Positions 50,680 to 62,850 of a stretch of DNA of 64,000 bases are shown in pieces. Under the pieces are notes generated by a model. That model did not search any database, was not told the DNA's origin, and worked only from the letters and a program-made list of their open reading frames with translations. The DNA is from Phyllobates terribilis (lineage: Eukaryota), in NCBI RefSeq assembly GCF_046119375.1, contig NW_027362772.1, positions 78,864,001-78,928,000 of the forward strand, in the 5' to 3' direction. The position numbers and the translations under genes are program-made. Position 1 is the stretch's first letter; each line of letters starts with the position of its first letter.

Positions 50680-53600
50680 CCCCCATAACATAGAGAACCC
50701 ATAACACAGAGATAACAAAAGACAGAGCCCCCATAACAGAGAGCCCCCATAACACAGGGACACAGAGCCCCCATAACACAGAGACAAAGAGCCCCCATAA
50801 CACAGACACAGAGCCCCCATAACACAGAGACACAGCCCCCATAACACAGACACAGAGCCCCCATAACACAGAGACACAGCCCCCATAACACAGGGACACA
50901 GAGCCCTCATAACACAGGGACACAGAGCCCTCATGACACAGAGCCCCCATAACACAGCCCCCATAAAACAGGGAGACAGACCCCATAACACAGAGCCCCC
51001 ATAACACAGGGAGACAGAGACCCCATAACACAGAGACACAGAGCCCCCACAACAGGGAGACAGACCCCATAACAGAAACACAGAGCCCCCATAACACAGG
51101 GAGACAGACCCCATAACACAGACACAGAGCCCCCATAGCACAGGGAGACAGAGCCCCCATAACACAAAGACCCCGAAACCTCATAACACAAGGAGACAGA
51201 GACCCTGTAACACAGAGACCACATAAGACAGAGAGAGAGAGCACCCATAACACAGAGAAACAGAGCCCCCATAACACAAGGAGACAGAGACCACATAAGA
51301 CAGAGAGACAGAGCCCCCATAACACAGGGAAACAGAGACCACATAAGACAGAGAGACAGAGCCCCCATAACACAGGGAGACAGACCCCATAACACAGAGA
51401 AACAGCCCCCATAGCACAGACACAGAGCCCCCATAACACAGAGATCCCATAACACAGGAAGACAGAGACCCCATAACACAAAGACACAAAGCCCCCATAA
51501 CATAGAGACACCGAGACCTCATAACACAGGGAGACAGAGACCCCATAACACAGAGACCACATAAGACAGAGAGACAGAGCCCCCATAACACAGAGACACC
51601 GAGACCTCAACACAGGGAGACAGAGACCACATAAGACAGAGAGACACAGAGCCCCCATAAGACAGAGACACAGACCCCATAACACAGAGACACAGAGCCC
51701 CCATAGCACAAAGAGACACAGAGACCCCATAACACAGGGAGACAGAGACCCCATAACACAGGGAGACAAAGCCCCCATAACACAGGAAGACAGGCCCTAT
51801 AACACAGAGAGACACAGAGCCCCCATAACACAGAGACCCCATAACATAGGGAGACAGAGACCCCATGACACATACACAGAGCTCCCATAACACAGAGACA
51901 AAGAGCCCCCATAACACAGAGAGACAGAGCCCCAATAAGCAGAGAGACACAGAGCCCCCATAACACCGGGGGACAGAGACCCCATGACACAGAGCCACCA
52001 TAAGACAGAGACACAGAGCACCCATAACACAGAGACACAGAGCCCCATAACACAGAGAGACAGAGCCCCCATAACACAGAGACACAGAGCCCCCATAACA
52101 CAGAGAGACAGAGCCCCCATAACACAGAGACACAGAGCTCCATAACTGAGAAACACAGAGCCCCCATAACACAGACACAGAGCTCCCATAACACAGAGAC
52201 AGAGCCCCCATAACAGAAAGAGACAGAGCCCTCATAACACAGAGCCCGCATAACAGAGACACAGAGCCCCCATAAGACAAACAGAGCCCCCATAACACAG
52301 ACAAAGCCCCCATAACAGAGCCCAAATAACAGAGACACAGAGCCCCCATAACACAGAGACACAGCTCCCATAACACAGACAGAGCCCCCATAACACAAAG
52401 ACACAGAGCCCCTATAACACAGAGACACCGAGACCTCATAACACAGGGAGATACAGACCACATAAGACAGAGAGACAGAGCCCCCATAGCACAGACACAG
52501 AGCCCCCATAGCACAAAGAGAAACAGAGCCCCCATAACACAGAGACCCCATAACACAGGGAGACAGAGCCCCCATAACACAGGGAGACAGGCCCCATAAC
52601 ACAGAAAGACACAGAGCCCCCATAACACAGACACAGAGCCCCCATAGCACATACACAGAGCTCCCATAACACAGGGAGACACAGAGCCCCCATAACACAG
52701 AGAGACAGAGCCCCCATAAGACAGAGCGACACAGAGTCCCCATAACACAGAGCCCCCATAAGACAGAGAGACACAGCCCCCATAGCACAGGGAGACGGAG
52801 ACCCCATGACACAGAGCCCCCAAAAGACAGACACAGAGCACCCATAACACAGAGACACAGAGCCCCTATAACACAGACACAGAGCCCCATAACACAGAGA
52901 CACCGAGACCCCATAACACAGAGAGACTGAGCCCCCATAACACAGACACAGAGCCCCCATAACGCAGAGACACAGAGCTCCATAACTGAGAAACACAGAG
53001 CCCCCATAACACAGACACAGAGCCCCCATAACACAGGGACACAGAGCCCCCATAACACAAAGAGACAGAGCCCCCATAACACAGAGCCCGCGTAACAGAG
53101 ACACAGAGCCCCCATAACACAGACAGAGCCCCCATAACACAGACAAAGCCCCCATAACACAGAGCCCCATAACACAGAGACACAGCTCCCATAAAAGAGA
53201 GACAGAGCACCCTTAAGACAGACACAGAGCCCCCATAACAGACACACAGCCCCCATAAGACAGAGACACAGAGCCCCCATAACAAAGAGACACAGAGCCC
53301 TCATAACAGTGAGACAGAACCCCATAACAGAGAGACACAGAGCCCTCATAATACAGAGCCCTCATAACAGACACAGAGCCCCCATAACACAGAGACACCG
53401 AGACCCCATAACACAGGGAGACAGAGACCCCATAACACAGAGACCACATAAGACAGAGAGAGCCCCCATAACAGAGAGGACAGAGCACCCATAACACAAA
53501 GACACAGAGCCCCCATAACAGAGACACCGAGACCTCATAAGACAGAGAGACACAGAGCCCCCATAACAGAGAGACACAGAGCCCCCATAATACAGAGCCC

Positions 53601-56138
53601 CCATAACAGAGACAGAGCCCCCATAACACAGAGACACCAAGACCTCATAACACAGGGAGACAGAGACCCCATAGCACAGAGACCACATAAGACAGAGAGA
53701 GAGAGAGCCCCCATAACACAGGGAGACAGAGACCACATAAGACAGAGAGACACAGAGCCCCCATAAGACAGAGACACAGAGCCCCCATAACACAGGGAGA
53801 CAGAAAACCCATAACAGAGACACAGAGCCCACATAACACAGGGAGACAGACCCCATAACACAGAGACACAGAGCCCCCATAGCACAAAGAGACACAGAGC
53901 CCCTATAACACAGAGACACAGTGCCCCCATAACACAGAGACCCCATAACACAGGGAGACAGCCCCCATAACACAGAGAGGTAGAGCCCCCATAACACAAA
54001 AACACAGAGCCCCCATAACACAGAGAGACAGAGCCCCCATAACACAAAGACACAGAGCCCCCATAACACAGAGACACCGAGACCTCATAACACAGGGAGA
54101 TGGAAACCACATAAGACAGAGAGACACAGAGTCGCCATAAGACAGAGACACAGAGTCCCCATAACACAGGGAGACAGAGACTCCATGACACAGAGCCCCC
54201 ATAACACAGAGCACCCATAACACAGAGGCACAGAACCCCCGTAACACAGAGACACAGAGCCCCCATAACACAGAGACACAGAGCCCCCGTAACACAGACT
54301 GAGGCCCCCATAACACAGAGACATAGAGCTCCATAACTGAGAAACACAGAGCCCCCATAACACAGACACAGAGCCCCCATAACACAGGGACACCGAGACC
54401 CCATAACACAGAGAGACAGAGCCCCCATAACACAAAGACACAGAGCCCCCATAACACAGAGACACCGAGACCTCATAACACAGGGAGATGGAGACCACAT
54501 AAGACAGAGAGACACAGAGTCACCATAAGACAGAGACACGGAGTCCCCATAACACAGGGAGACAGAGACCCCATAACAGAGACACAGAGCTCCCATAACA
54601 CAGGGAGACAGACCCCATAACACAGAGACACAGAGCCCCCATAGCACAGACACAGAGCCCCCATAGCACAAAGAGACACAGAGCCCCCATAACAAAGGGA
54701 GACAGAGACCCCATGACACAGAGCCCCCATAACACAGAGCACCCATAACACAGAGACACAGAACCCCCGTAACACAGAGACACAGAGCCCCCATAACACA
54801 GAGACACAGAGCCCCCGTAACACAGAGAGACTGAGGCCCCCATAACACAGAGACATAGAGCTCCATAACTGAGAAACACAGAGCCCCCATAACACAGACA
54901 CAGAGCCCCCATAACACAGGGACACAGAGCCCCCATAACACAAAGAGACAGCCCCCATAACACAGAGACACAGAGCCCGCATAGCAGAGACACAGAGCCC
55001 CATAACACAGACAGAGCCCCCATAACAGAGAGACACAAAGCCCCCATAACACAGACAAAGCCCCCATAACACAGAGCCCCATAACACAGAGACACAGAGC
55101 CCCCATAACACAGAGACACCGCTCCCATAAAAGAGACAGAGCCCCCTTAAGACAGAGACACAGAGCCCCCATAACAGAGACACAGCCCCCATAACACAGA
55201 GACAGAGCCCCCATAAGGCAGAGACACAGAGCCTCCATAACAAAGAGACACAGAGCCCTCATAACAGTGAGACAGAGCCCCCATAACGGAGAGACACAGA
55301 GCACCCATAACACAGATACACCGAGACCCCATAACACAGAGACACAGAGCCCTCATAAGACAGAGAGACACAGAGCCCCCATAACACAGGGAGACAGACC
55401 CCATAACACAGAGACACAGAGCCCCCTTAAGACAGAGACACAGCCCCCATAACACAGAGACACAGAGCCCCCATAACACAGGGAGACAGAGACCCCATAA
55501 CGCAAAGACACAAAGCCCCCATAACACAGAGACACCGAGACCTCATAACACAGGGAGACAGAGCCCCCATAACACAGAGACACATAGCCCCCATAACATA
55601 AAGACTCAGAACCGCCATAACACAGAGACACAGAGCCCCCATAACACAGAAACCCCATAACACAGGGAGACAGAGCCCCCATAACACAGGGAGACAGAGA
55701 CCCTATAACACAAAGCCCCCATAACACAGAGACACCGAGACCTCATAACACAGGGAGACAGAGACCACATAAGACAGAGAGACACAGAGCCGCCATAAGA
55801 CCGAGACCACATAAGACAGAGAGACAGAGCCCCCATAACACAGAGACACCGAGACCTCATAACACAGGGAGACAGAGACCACATAAGACAGAGAGACACA
55901 GAGCCCCCATAACACAGAGACCACATAAGACAGAGAGAGAGCCCCCATAACACAAAGACACAGAGCCCCCATAACACAGACACCGAGACCTCATAACACA
56001 GGGAGACAGAGACCACATAAGACAGAGAGACACAGAGCCCCCATAAGACAGAGACACAGAGCCCCCATAACAGAGGGAGACAGAGACCCCATAACAGAGA
56101 CACAGAGCCCCCATAACACAGGGAGACAGACCCCATAA
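50680..56138. repeat. Complex modular satellite (ACACAGAGCCCCCATAAC core), left block
   Basis: About 5.5 kb of shuffled modules (GAGAC, CAGGGAGACA, ACCACATAAGAC, CCGAGACCTC); nearly T-free on the + strand apart from the ATA core. Confidence 0.97.
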
Positions 56139-56348
56139 AACCAGGGGAGGAGTCCTGAGGAGATAATTTGCATATTCCCACTGCATTTTGGGGTAAGTGA
56201 AGAGTCTCCGCGAGCTCAAAGAACACTGGATTTTGGCTGTTGGAGCTGAAAAGAGGACATCGATAAACCGCGCGCCTACCGACGCGCGCATTTTGAAGCT
56301 TTTTTTTTAATCTTTTTTCACTGTTTTCAGAACATTAACAGTAAGAAC

Positions 56349-58178
56349 ATGGAAGAGTCCAGGAGCCATTTGGTGAGCTGCATATCCTGCTACATGTTCA
56401 CAGACTTGCCAGTGGAAAAGCCAAACTTCACATGCCAGAAATGCAAGCTTGTGTCCCTGTTGGAGGAAAAGTTGCAAAATCTAGAAGAGAGGTTAACTAC
56501 CTTGAAAATCATTAAGGAAGGTGAAGAGTTCTTAGACAGAGCAGAATTATCTCTTCATGATTCAGAAAGAGAAGAAATTCGAACTGCACCTGACGAAACA
56601 GAGGAATGGAAGCATGTGACCCAGAGAAGCAGGAGGATCGAGAGGCAGTCAGCACCCATACTGCTCAGGAACCAGTACCAGGCTCTCACGCAGGAGAACC
56701 ATGAAGAAATACAGCAAAATAAGACTTTGCCAGCAATGAATAACCTTGTAAGCCCTCAGAATCCTCCTGGATGGAGAAAGAAGAATGTTGTGAAGAAAAA
56801 ACGGAGAGTGGTGTGGTCATGGGGGATTCCCTGTTAAGAGGAACAGAGGCCGCTATCTGCAGACCAGACATAACCTCAAGAGAAATGTGCTGTCTTCCAG
56901 GAGCAAAAATTAAAGATGTGTCTGACAGGATATCAAGACTCTTCTGACCTACAGATCACTACCCATTCCTGCTAATACATGTGGGGACAAATGACACCGC
57001 AAGAAAGGACCTGGAAACCATCTGCAGTGACTTTGAAGACTTAGGGTATGTGCACACGATGCAGAAATGCTCAGGATTTTTTCCTGAGCGTTTCTGCATC
57101 TCTCTGGCAGGAAAAAACGCATGCGGATTGTACATGCAGTTTCCTGCCAGGGACATGCGGAAATGAAGCGGTCTTCACTTTCATTTCCGCATGCGGGTTG
57201 ACAAGCGCTTCCCAAGCGATTTTAGCATCACTTGGAAAGTGCTTGTCAACTTCACACTATATAAATCCATGCAGCCGGCATGGATTTATATAGTGTGTGA
57301 TGTCAAAAAATAAAAAATAAATCTATACGTTACCATCTGATGGCCCCCGGTGTCCTGCTTCATCGGTCCCGGCTGCCGACAGTGAAGACTGTAGGACCTT
57401 CCGACGTCAGCGTCACGTGACCCGTCACATGACTCTGACGTCAGCGAAGGTCCTACATTCGCCCGCGAAGTGCGCGGGAAGCTGGCAGGACGCAGCGCGG
57501 GCCGTCAGAAGGTGAGAATATATATATTTTTTATTTTATTCTTTTTTTTTTAATGGTACCTGGGTCTGGATGAGAGTCCTCTCCTCCACACCCGGGTACC
57601 ATCCGCACATTAGACCGCATGAAAAGCGCATCAACATATACAGTGATGCGGATTCCATGCGGTCTAATGCAAGTCAATGGCGGCAAAAGAGCAGCGTTTC
57701 CGCAAAATTAATTGACATGCTGCGGATTTTTGACCGCAGCGTTTACGCTGCGGAAAAATCCGCATCATGGGCACAGCACATGCGGATTTCCATTGGGGAA
57801 CATTGCTGCCCTTCTACCATGCGTTTTTCATGCGTTTCTGCGGCGTTTACGCAACTGCAAAAACGCCGCGGAAACGCATGAAAAACGCATCGTGTGAACT
57901 CAGCCTTAGGCAAGAAAGTGAAAGAATTGGGAGCGCAGGTGGTCTTCTCATCCATCCTCCCAGTGGATGGCCATGGAACAATGAGGTGGAATAAGATTCT
58001 ACAGGTGAACAACTGGCTATGTCGATGGTGCCGTCAACAAGGATTTGGATTTCTGGATCACGGAATGAATTACCTATACGATGGACTACTTGCTAGAGAT
58101 GGGGTGCACCTTACGAAGACTGGAAAACATGTATTTGGAAGTCACCTTGCTACACTCATCAGAAGAGCTTTAAACTAG
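56349..58178 (+). pseudogene. CR1 ORF1 (CxxC..CxxC zinc finger, coiled coil, SGNH esterase), disrupted
   Basis: SCISC..TCQKC; after a ~2-nt frameshift near 56813 it reads VMGDSLLRG..HVGTND..DFEDLG|KKVKELG..RDGVHLT. In-frame TGA at ~56945 and a MITE insertion at 57044-57905. Confidence 0.9.
57044..57905. mobile_element. PIF/Harbinger-type MITE inserted in CR1 ORF1
   Basis: TTA target duplication (57041-57043, 57906-57908); TIRs GGGTATGTGCACACGATGC / GCATCGTGTGAACTCAGCC. Removing the element plus one TTA restores ..GAC TTA GGC AAG.. (DLGK). Confidence 0.88.
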
Positions 58179-58300
58179 AACAATGTGGGAAGGGAAGCAA
58201 AAGGCCAGAAAAAGCCATACAGCTGACAAATACTATTGAGATCTCTGCTACTGGAAGTGGAAAAGAAGAACAAAGACAAAACAATTTAAATAATAAAAAT

Positions 58301-61090
58301 ATGGGAGGAAGAGAAACCAATCACAAACTAAAATGTTTTTATACAAATGCACAAAGCATGGGCAACAAACAAGGAGAATTGGAACTACTAATGCAGGAAA
58401 AGGAATATGATGTCATTGGAATCACTGAAACTTGGTGGGACGATACACATGATTGGAATAAAAGGCTAAAAGGATACAACTTATTTGCAAGAAACAGACT
58501 TGATAAACGAGGAGGAGGTGTTGCATTGTATGTTAGAAAAGCGTATATCTGCACAGAGATTGAAGCTTCAGAGACTGGGAGTTCTGTGGAAACTGTTTGG
58601 GTAAGAATACAAGGAGAGAACAACGGAAAGGACACCATTGTAGGCATTTACTACAGGCCACCTGGGCAAGCTGAAGATATGGATGAACTCTTTATGTATC
58701 AAATGACCAAGTTCTCCAAAAAATATGACGTAGTGGTCATGGGAGATTTCAACTATCCAGACATTTGTTGGGAATCTCTCTCAAGTAAAGCTAACAGTTC
58801 AAGCAAATTCTTATCCTCTCTTGCTGACAACTTTATCTTCCAAAAGGTAGGGGAGAAAACAAGGGGATCTGCTACTTTGGATCTAATCCTTATAAACAGG
58901 GAGGAAATGGTTGAGGAGGTAAAGGTGGCTGGGACCCTAGGAGGCAGCGATCATGCTATTATAGAATTTTGGATAACTAGAGGAGGAAGACATGTGAAGA
59001 CTCAAACTTCAAGGTTAGATTTTAGAAAGGCAGATTTTAAGAGACTCAGAAAGAGAATAGGAGGGATCCAATGGCTGGATGTCCTTAAGGACAAAAATGT
59101 CCAGGAAGGATGGGAAATTTTTAAAAATGAGATTCTCAAAGCACAATCGTTAACAATCCCGAAAAGTAGGAAGAATGGGAAGCATTTAAGGAAACCAGGA
59201 TGGATGAACACAGAACTTAAACACATGCTAAAAAGAAAGAAAGAAATGTTTATTAAATGGAAAGAGGGAGGCACATCTAAAGAAGATTATAATGCAGTCT
59301 GCAGATCCTGCAGGGCACGTATCAGGTTAGCTAAAGCTGACAATGAATTAAGGCTTGCAAGAGATGTCAAAAGCAATAAAAAAGGATTTTGGGGGTATGT
59401 CAAAAGTAAAAGAAAAGTCAAAGATGCTATAGGATTTTTACAGGATGAAAATGGAGAAATGGTAAGAGAGGATGTTGAGAAGGCCGAACTTTTTAATTCC
59501 TATTTTGCATCTGTTTTCTCTCAGAAAGAAAATGTAACATCAACTGATCTTCACTGTCCTTTTAAAGGAATAGAGGAATCCAAGTTATCTGTAAACAGAA
59601 AGATTGTGAGGGAATATTTAGCTAACATAAATGAGTTCAAGTCTCCAGGTCCAGATGAATTACACCCCAGAGTACTGAAGGAGATCGTAGAAGAAATTTT
59701 AGAACCACTCTCCATAATCTTTGAAAATTCTTGGAGAACAGGAGAAGTCCCAGAAGACTGGAGAAGAGCAAATGTTGTTCCTATCTTCAAAAAGGGGAAG
59801 AAGGTGGACCCAGGGAACTATAGGCTGGTGAGTCTGACTTCTATACCAGGAAAGATCTTTGAACAAATTATTAAACAACATGTATGTAAGTACATGGATA
59901 AGAATGAAGTGATTAACCAGAGTCAGCATGGGTTTGTAACTAACAAGTCATGTCAGACTAACTTAATTTCCTTCTATGACAGAATCACTGACTGGGTGGA
60001 TCAGGGAAATGCTGTAGATATAGTATATCTTGACTTCAGAAAAGCATTTGACAAAGTATCTCACACCATCCTTATTGAAAAAATGACCAAGTATGCAATG
60101 GACCAGGCAACTGTTAGGTGGATTCATAACTGGCTTAGTGATCGGACTCAAAGGGTGGTTGTAAATGGCTTCACATCCAGCTGGATGAATGTCTCAAGTG
60201 GGATACCACAGGGCTCTGTCCTGGGCCCTGTATTGTTCAACATCTTTATCAATGATTTAGATGAAGGAATTGAGGGTAAACTGATTAAATTTGCTGATGA
60301 CACAAAGCTAGGAGGGATAGCTAATACTAGAGAAGAGAGAGAGAGGATTCAAAAAGACCTAAATAAACTGGAGCAGTGGGCAGCAACCAACAGAATGGTT
60401 TTTAACAGGGAAAAATGCAAAGTACTACATCTGGGCAATAAAAATGAAAAAAGCATATACAGAATGGGAGGAATAGAGCTAAGCAACAGTACATGTGAAA
60501 AAGACTTAGGTATACTAATAGATCATAGACTGAACATGAGTCAACAGTGTGATGCAGCAGCAAAAAAGGCAAATACAATTCTGGGATGTATTAACAGAAG
60601 CATACAGTCTAGATCACGTGAAGTCATTATCGGTCTTTACTCCTCTTTGGTCAGACCTCATCTGGAATACTGTGTACAGTTTTGGGCACCACATTTTAAA
60701 AAAGACATAGACAAACTGGAGCAAGTTCAGAGAAGAGCGACCAGAATGGTGACTGGTCTGCAAACCATGTCCTATGAGGAACGGTTGCAGGATTTGGGAA
60801 TGTTTAGCTTGCAAAAAAGAAGACTGAGAGGAGACTTAATAGCTGTCTACAAATATGTCAAGGGCTGTCACATTGTAGAAGGATCATCTTTATTCTCATT
60901 TGCACAAGGAAAGACTAGAAGCAATGGGATGAAACTAAATGGGAGGAGACACAGATTAGATATTAGAAAAAACTTTTTGACAGTTAGGGTGATTAATGAG
61001 TGGAACAGGCTGCCACGAGAGGTGGTGAGTTCCCCTTCAATGGACGTCTTCAAGCAGAGGCTGGACAGACATCTGTCTGAGATGATCTAG
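58301..61090 (+). CDS. CR1 ORF2 endonuclease/reverse transcriptase, 929 aa, uninterrupted
   Basis: APE motifs YTNAQS, GITETW, MGDFN, LDLIL, GSDH; RT motifs QHGF, YLDFRKAFDKV, QGSVLGP, FADD. Confidence 0.96.
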   Translation: MGGRETNHKLKCFYTNAQSMGNKQGELELLMQEKEYDVIGITETWWDDTHDWNKRLKGYNLFARNRLDKRGGGVALYVRKAYICTEIEASETGSSVETVWVRIQGENNGKDTIVGIYYRPPGQAEDMDELFMYQMTKFSKKYDVVVMGDFNYPDICWESLSSKANSSSKFLSSLADNFIFQKVGEKTRGSATLDLILINREEMVEEVKVAGTLGGSDHAIIEFWITRGGRHVKTQTSRLDFRKADFKRLRKRIGGIQWLDVLKDKNVQEGWEIFKNEILKAQSLTIPKSRKNGKHLRKPGWMNTELKHMLKRKKEMFIKWKEGGTSKEDYNAVCRSCRARIRLAKADNELRLARDVKSNKKGFWGYVKSKRKVKDAIGFLQDENGEMVREDVEKAELFNSYFASVFSQKENVTSTDLHCPFKGIEESKLSVNRKIVREYLANINEFKSPGPDELHPRVLKEIVEEILEPLSIIFENSWRTGEVPEDWRRANVVPIFKKGKKVDPGNYRLVSLTSIPGKIFEQIIKQHVCKYMDKNEVINQSQHGFVTNKSCQTNLISFYDRITDWVDQGNAVDIVYLDFRKAFDKVSHTILIEKMTKYAMDQATVRWIHNWLSDRTQRVVVNGFTSSWMNVSSGIPQGSVLGPVLFNIFINDLDEGIEGKLIKFADDTKLGGIANTREERERIQKDLNKLEQWAATNRMVFNREKCKVLHLGNKNEKSIYRMGGIELSNSTCEKDLGILIDHRLNMSQQCDAAAKKANTILGCINRSIQSRSREVIIGLYSSLVRPHLEYCVQFWAPHFKKDIDKLEQVQRRATRMVTGLQTMSYEERLQDLGMFSLQKRRLRGDLIAVYKYVKGCHIVEGSSLFSFAQGKTRSNGMKLNGRRHRLDIRKNFLTVRVINEWNRLPREVVSSPSMDVFKQRLDRHLSEMI

Positions 61091-61168
61091 TGAATCCTGC
61101 TTTGAGCAGGGGGTTGGACCAGATGACCCAGGAGGTCCCTTCCAACTCTACCATTCTATGATTCTATG

Positions 61169-61734
61169 ATAACACAGAGACACAGAGCCCCCATAGCACA
61201 AAGAGACACTTAGCCCCCATAACATAGAAACACAGAGCCCCCATAACACAGAGACACAGAGCCCCCATAACATAGAGACCCCATAACACAGGGAGACAGA
61301 GCCCCCATAACACAGGGAGATGGGCCCCATAACAGAGAGACGCAGAGCCCCCATAACACAGACACAGAGACCCCATGACACATACACAGAGCTCCCATAA
61401 CACAGAGAGACACAGAGCCCCCATAGCAGAGAGAGACAGAGCCCCCATAACACACTGAGACAGAGACCCCATGACACAGAGCCCCCATAAGACAGAGACA
61501 CAGAGCACCCATAACACAGAGACACAGAACCCCTGTAACACAGACACAGAGCCCCCATAACACAGAGACACAGAGCCCCATAACACAGAGAGACAGAGCC
61601 CCCATAACACAGAGCCTCCATAACAGAGACACATAGCCCCCATAACACAGACACAGAGCCCCCATAACACAGAAACTAAGAGCCCTCATAGCACAGAGAC
61701 ACAGAGCCCCCATAACACAGAGAGACAGAGCCCC
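61169..61734. repeat. Same satellite, right block
   Basis: Resumes immediately after the CR1 tail; ends at the LTR. Confidence 0.97.
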
Positions 61735-62850
61735 TGTGACATGCAGAAGTAGTGCTGTTGCTTCAAAAACATACAGCAACTGTTACAAATAACACAAGCA
61801 CAGGAGACAGGAAGTGTTGTGCTTCAGAAGCATTCAGCAACTAGAGGGGTTAACACAGTCACATTAGACAGTGAGTGTTTTAGCAAAGCCCCAGGGGGAT
61901 TATGGGGAACTTGTTATTGTAGCCTGTCTGATGCCCAAGAGAAAGGTGGTGTGTTATCTGGATCTGACAGAAGGCAACTGAACAGGATTCAGATCAGGAG
62001 AGAAACTAAACACTGGTCAGATAAACTCCCTGATCTAACAGTGCAGAGTATTACAGGGTAGGAAGATAAGGACTGGAAGGAAGCCTGTCATAGAGATCAT
62101 CTCCTTAATTACACCCTTCCCCCCCTCCATCTCTATGCAGGATAAAGAATGCTGTGTACTATTGAGTCCTGTGAAGGAAAAGCCTGTGGCTGTGTATGCA
62201 TAGAAGTGTGCTGCTAAGAGATCTAATCTATGCTGAATTATGCTACTGAAGAGACTGTAATACTGTGCCTTGTGAAGAAACTACTGTATTGTTACTGGAG
62301 CCGGTTGCTCAAGAAACTCAGACTGTACTGTAATGATGATTGTTGCTGTAATATCCCTGAATTGCACTGGCTGTGCTTCAGATCAAATTCCACTGTTAAA
62401 CAAGACTCTTGTTAGATGTGTCTGGTCAGCAATTGAATCTATTGTGTGCCTGAGAGAAGCTGCAGCCTATGGTCGCCCTGAGTAACGGTTCCCCCAGGAT
62501 TCCAACAAATTCATGAAACCCGTCTCGCCCTATCTGAACCTAGCGGTGTGCGTGTAACTTTGGTGGCCCGTACGGGGAATCCTGAGCAGGACTTAGCGTG
62601 TAGAGGGAGAAGTGGAAAAGTGTCTGGAAAGACACAGCAGCGTATAGAAGGAGAAGTGGAAAAGTGTCTGGAAAAGCACAGCAGCACAGCACCTCAATTC
62701 AACTCTGCTACTCCAGTTAAAGGGGACCAGCCCTAAAGAAAAACTCACTTTCAGCAATGGATGTGGAAATACAAATGGACAGAATTAGTGAGCTGTTTCT
62801 TCAGTTAACCTGTGAAGAATTGAGAACAGTAGCAGAGCATATAAAGATGT
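61735..62850 (+). mobile_element. 5' LTR, tRNA-Ile primer-binding site and start of gag of an LTR retroelement (Gypsy- or ERV-like)
   Basis: Begins TGTGAC at 61735; TGGTGGCCCGTACGGGGA (62561-62578) is the 18-nt complement of the 3' end of vertebrate tRNA-Ile(AAU). Strong-Kozak ATG at 62757 (MDVEIQMDRISELFLQLTCEELRTVAEHIKM) is cut off at 62851. The LTR 3' end (GTGTAACTT) is not the canonical CA. Confidence 0.75.

Larger units (their letters stand above)
56139..61168 (+). mobile_element. Full-length CR1-clade LINE
   Basis: 5' UTR, ORF1 (Zn-finger + SGNH esterase), ORF2 (APE + RT) and a 3' tail ending ccATTCTATG ATTCTATG (the CR1 octamer). Candidate ATAA target-site duplication at 56135-56138 / 61169-61172. 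Confidence 0.96.

Noticed and set aside
50611-56291. Dozens of L/C/V/W/G/Y-rich ORFs up to 600 aa on the - strand (also 61148-61779)
   Set aside because: They are translations of the satellite, open in all three frames because the strand is A-poor and so lacks stops; no unique domain.
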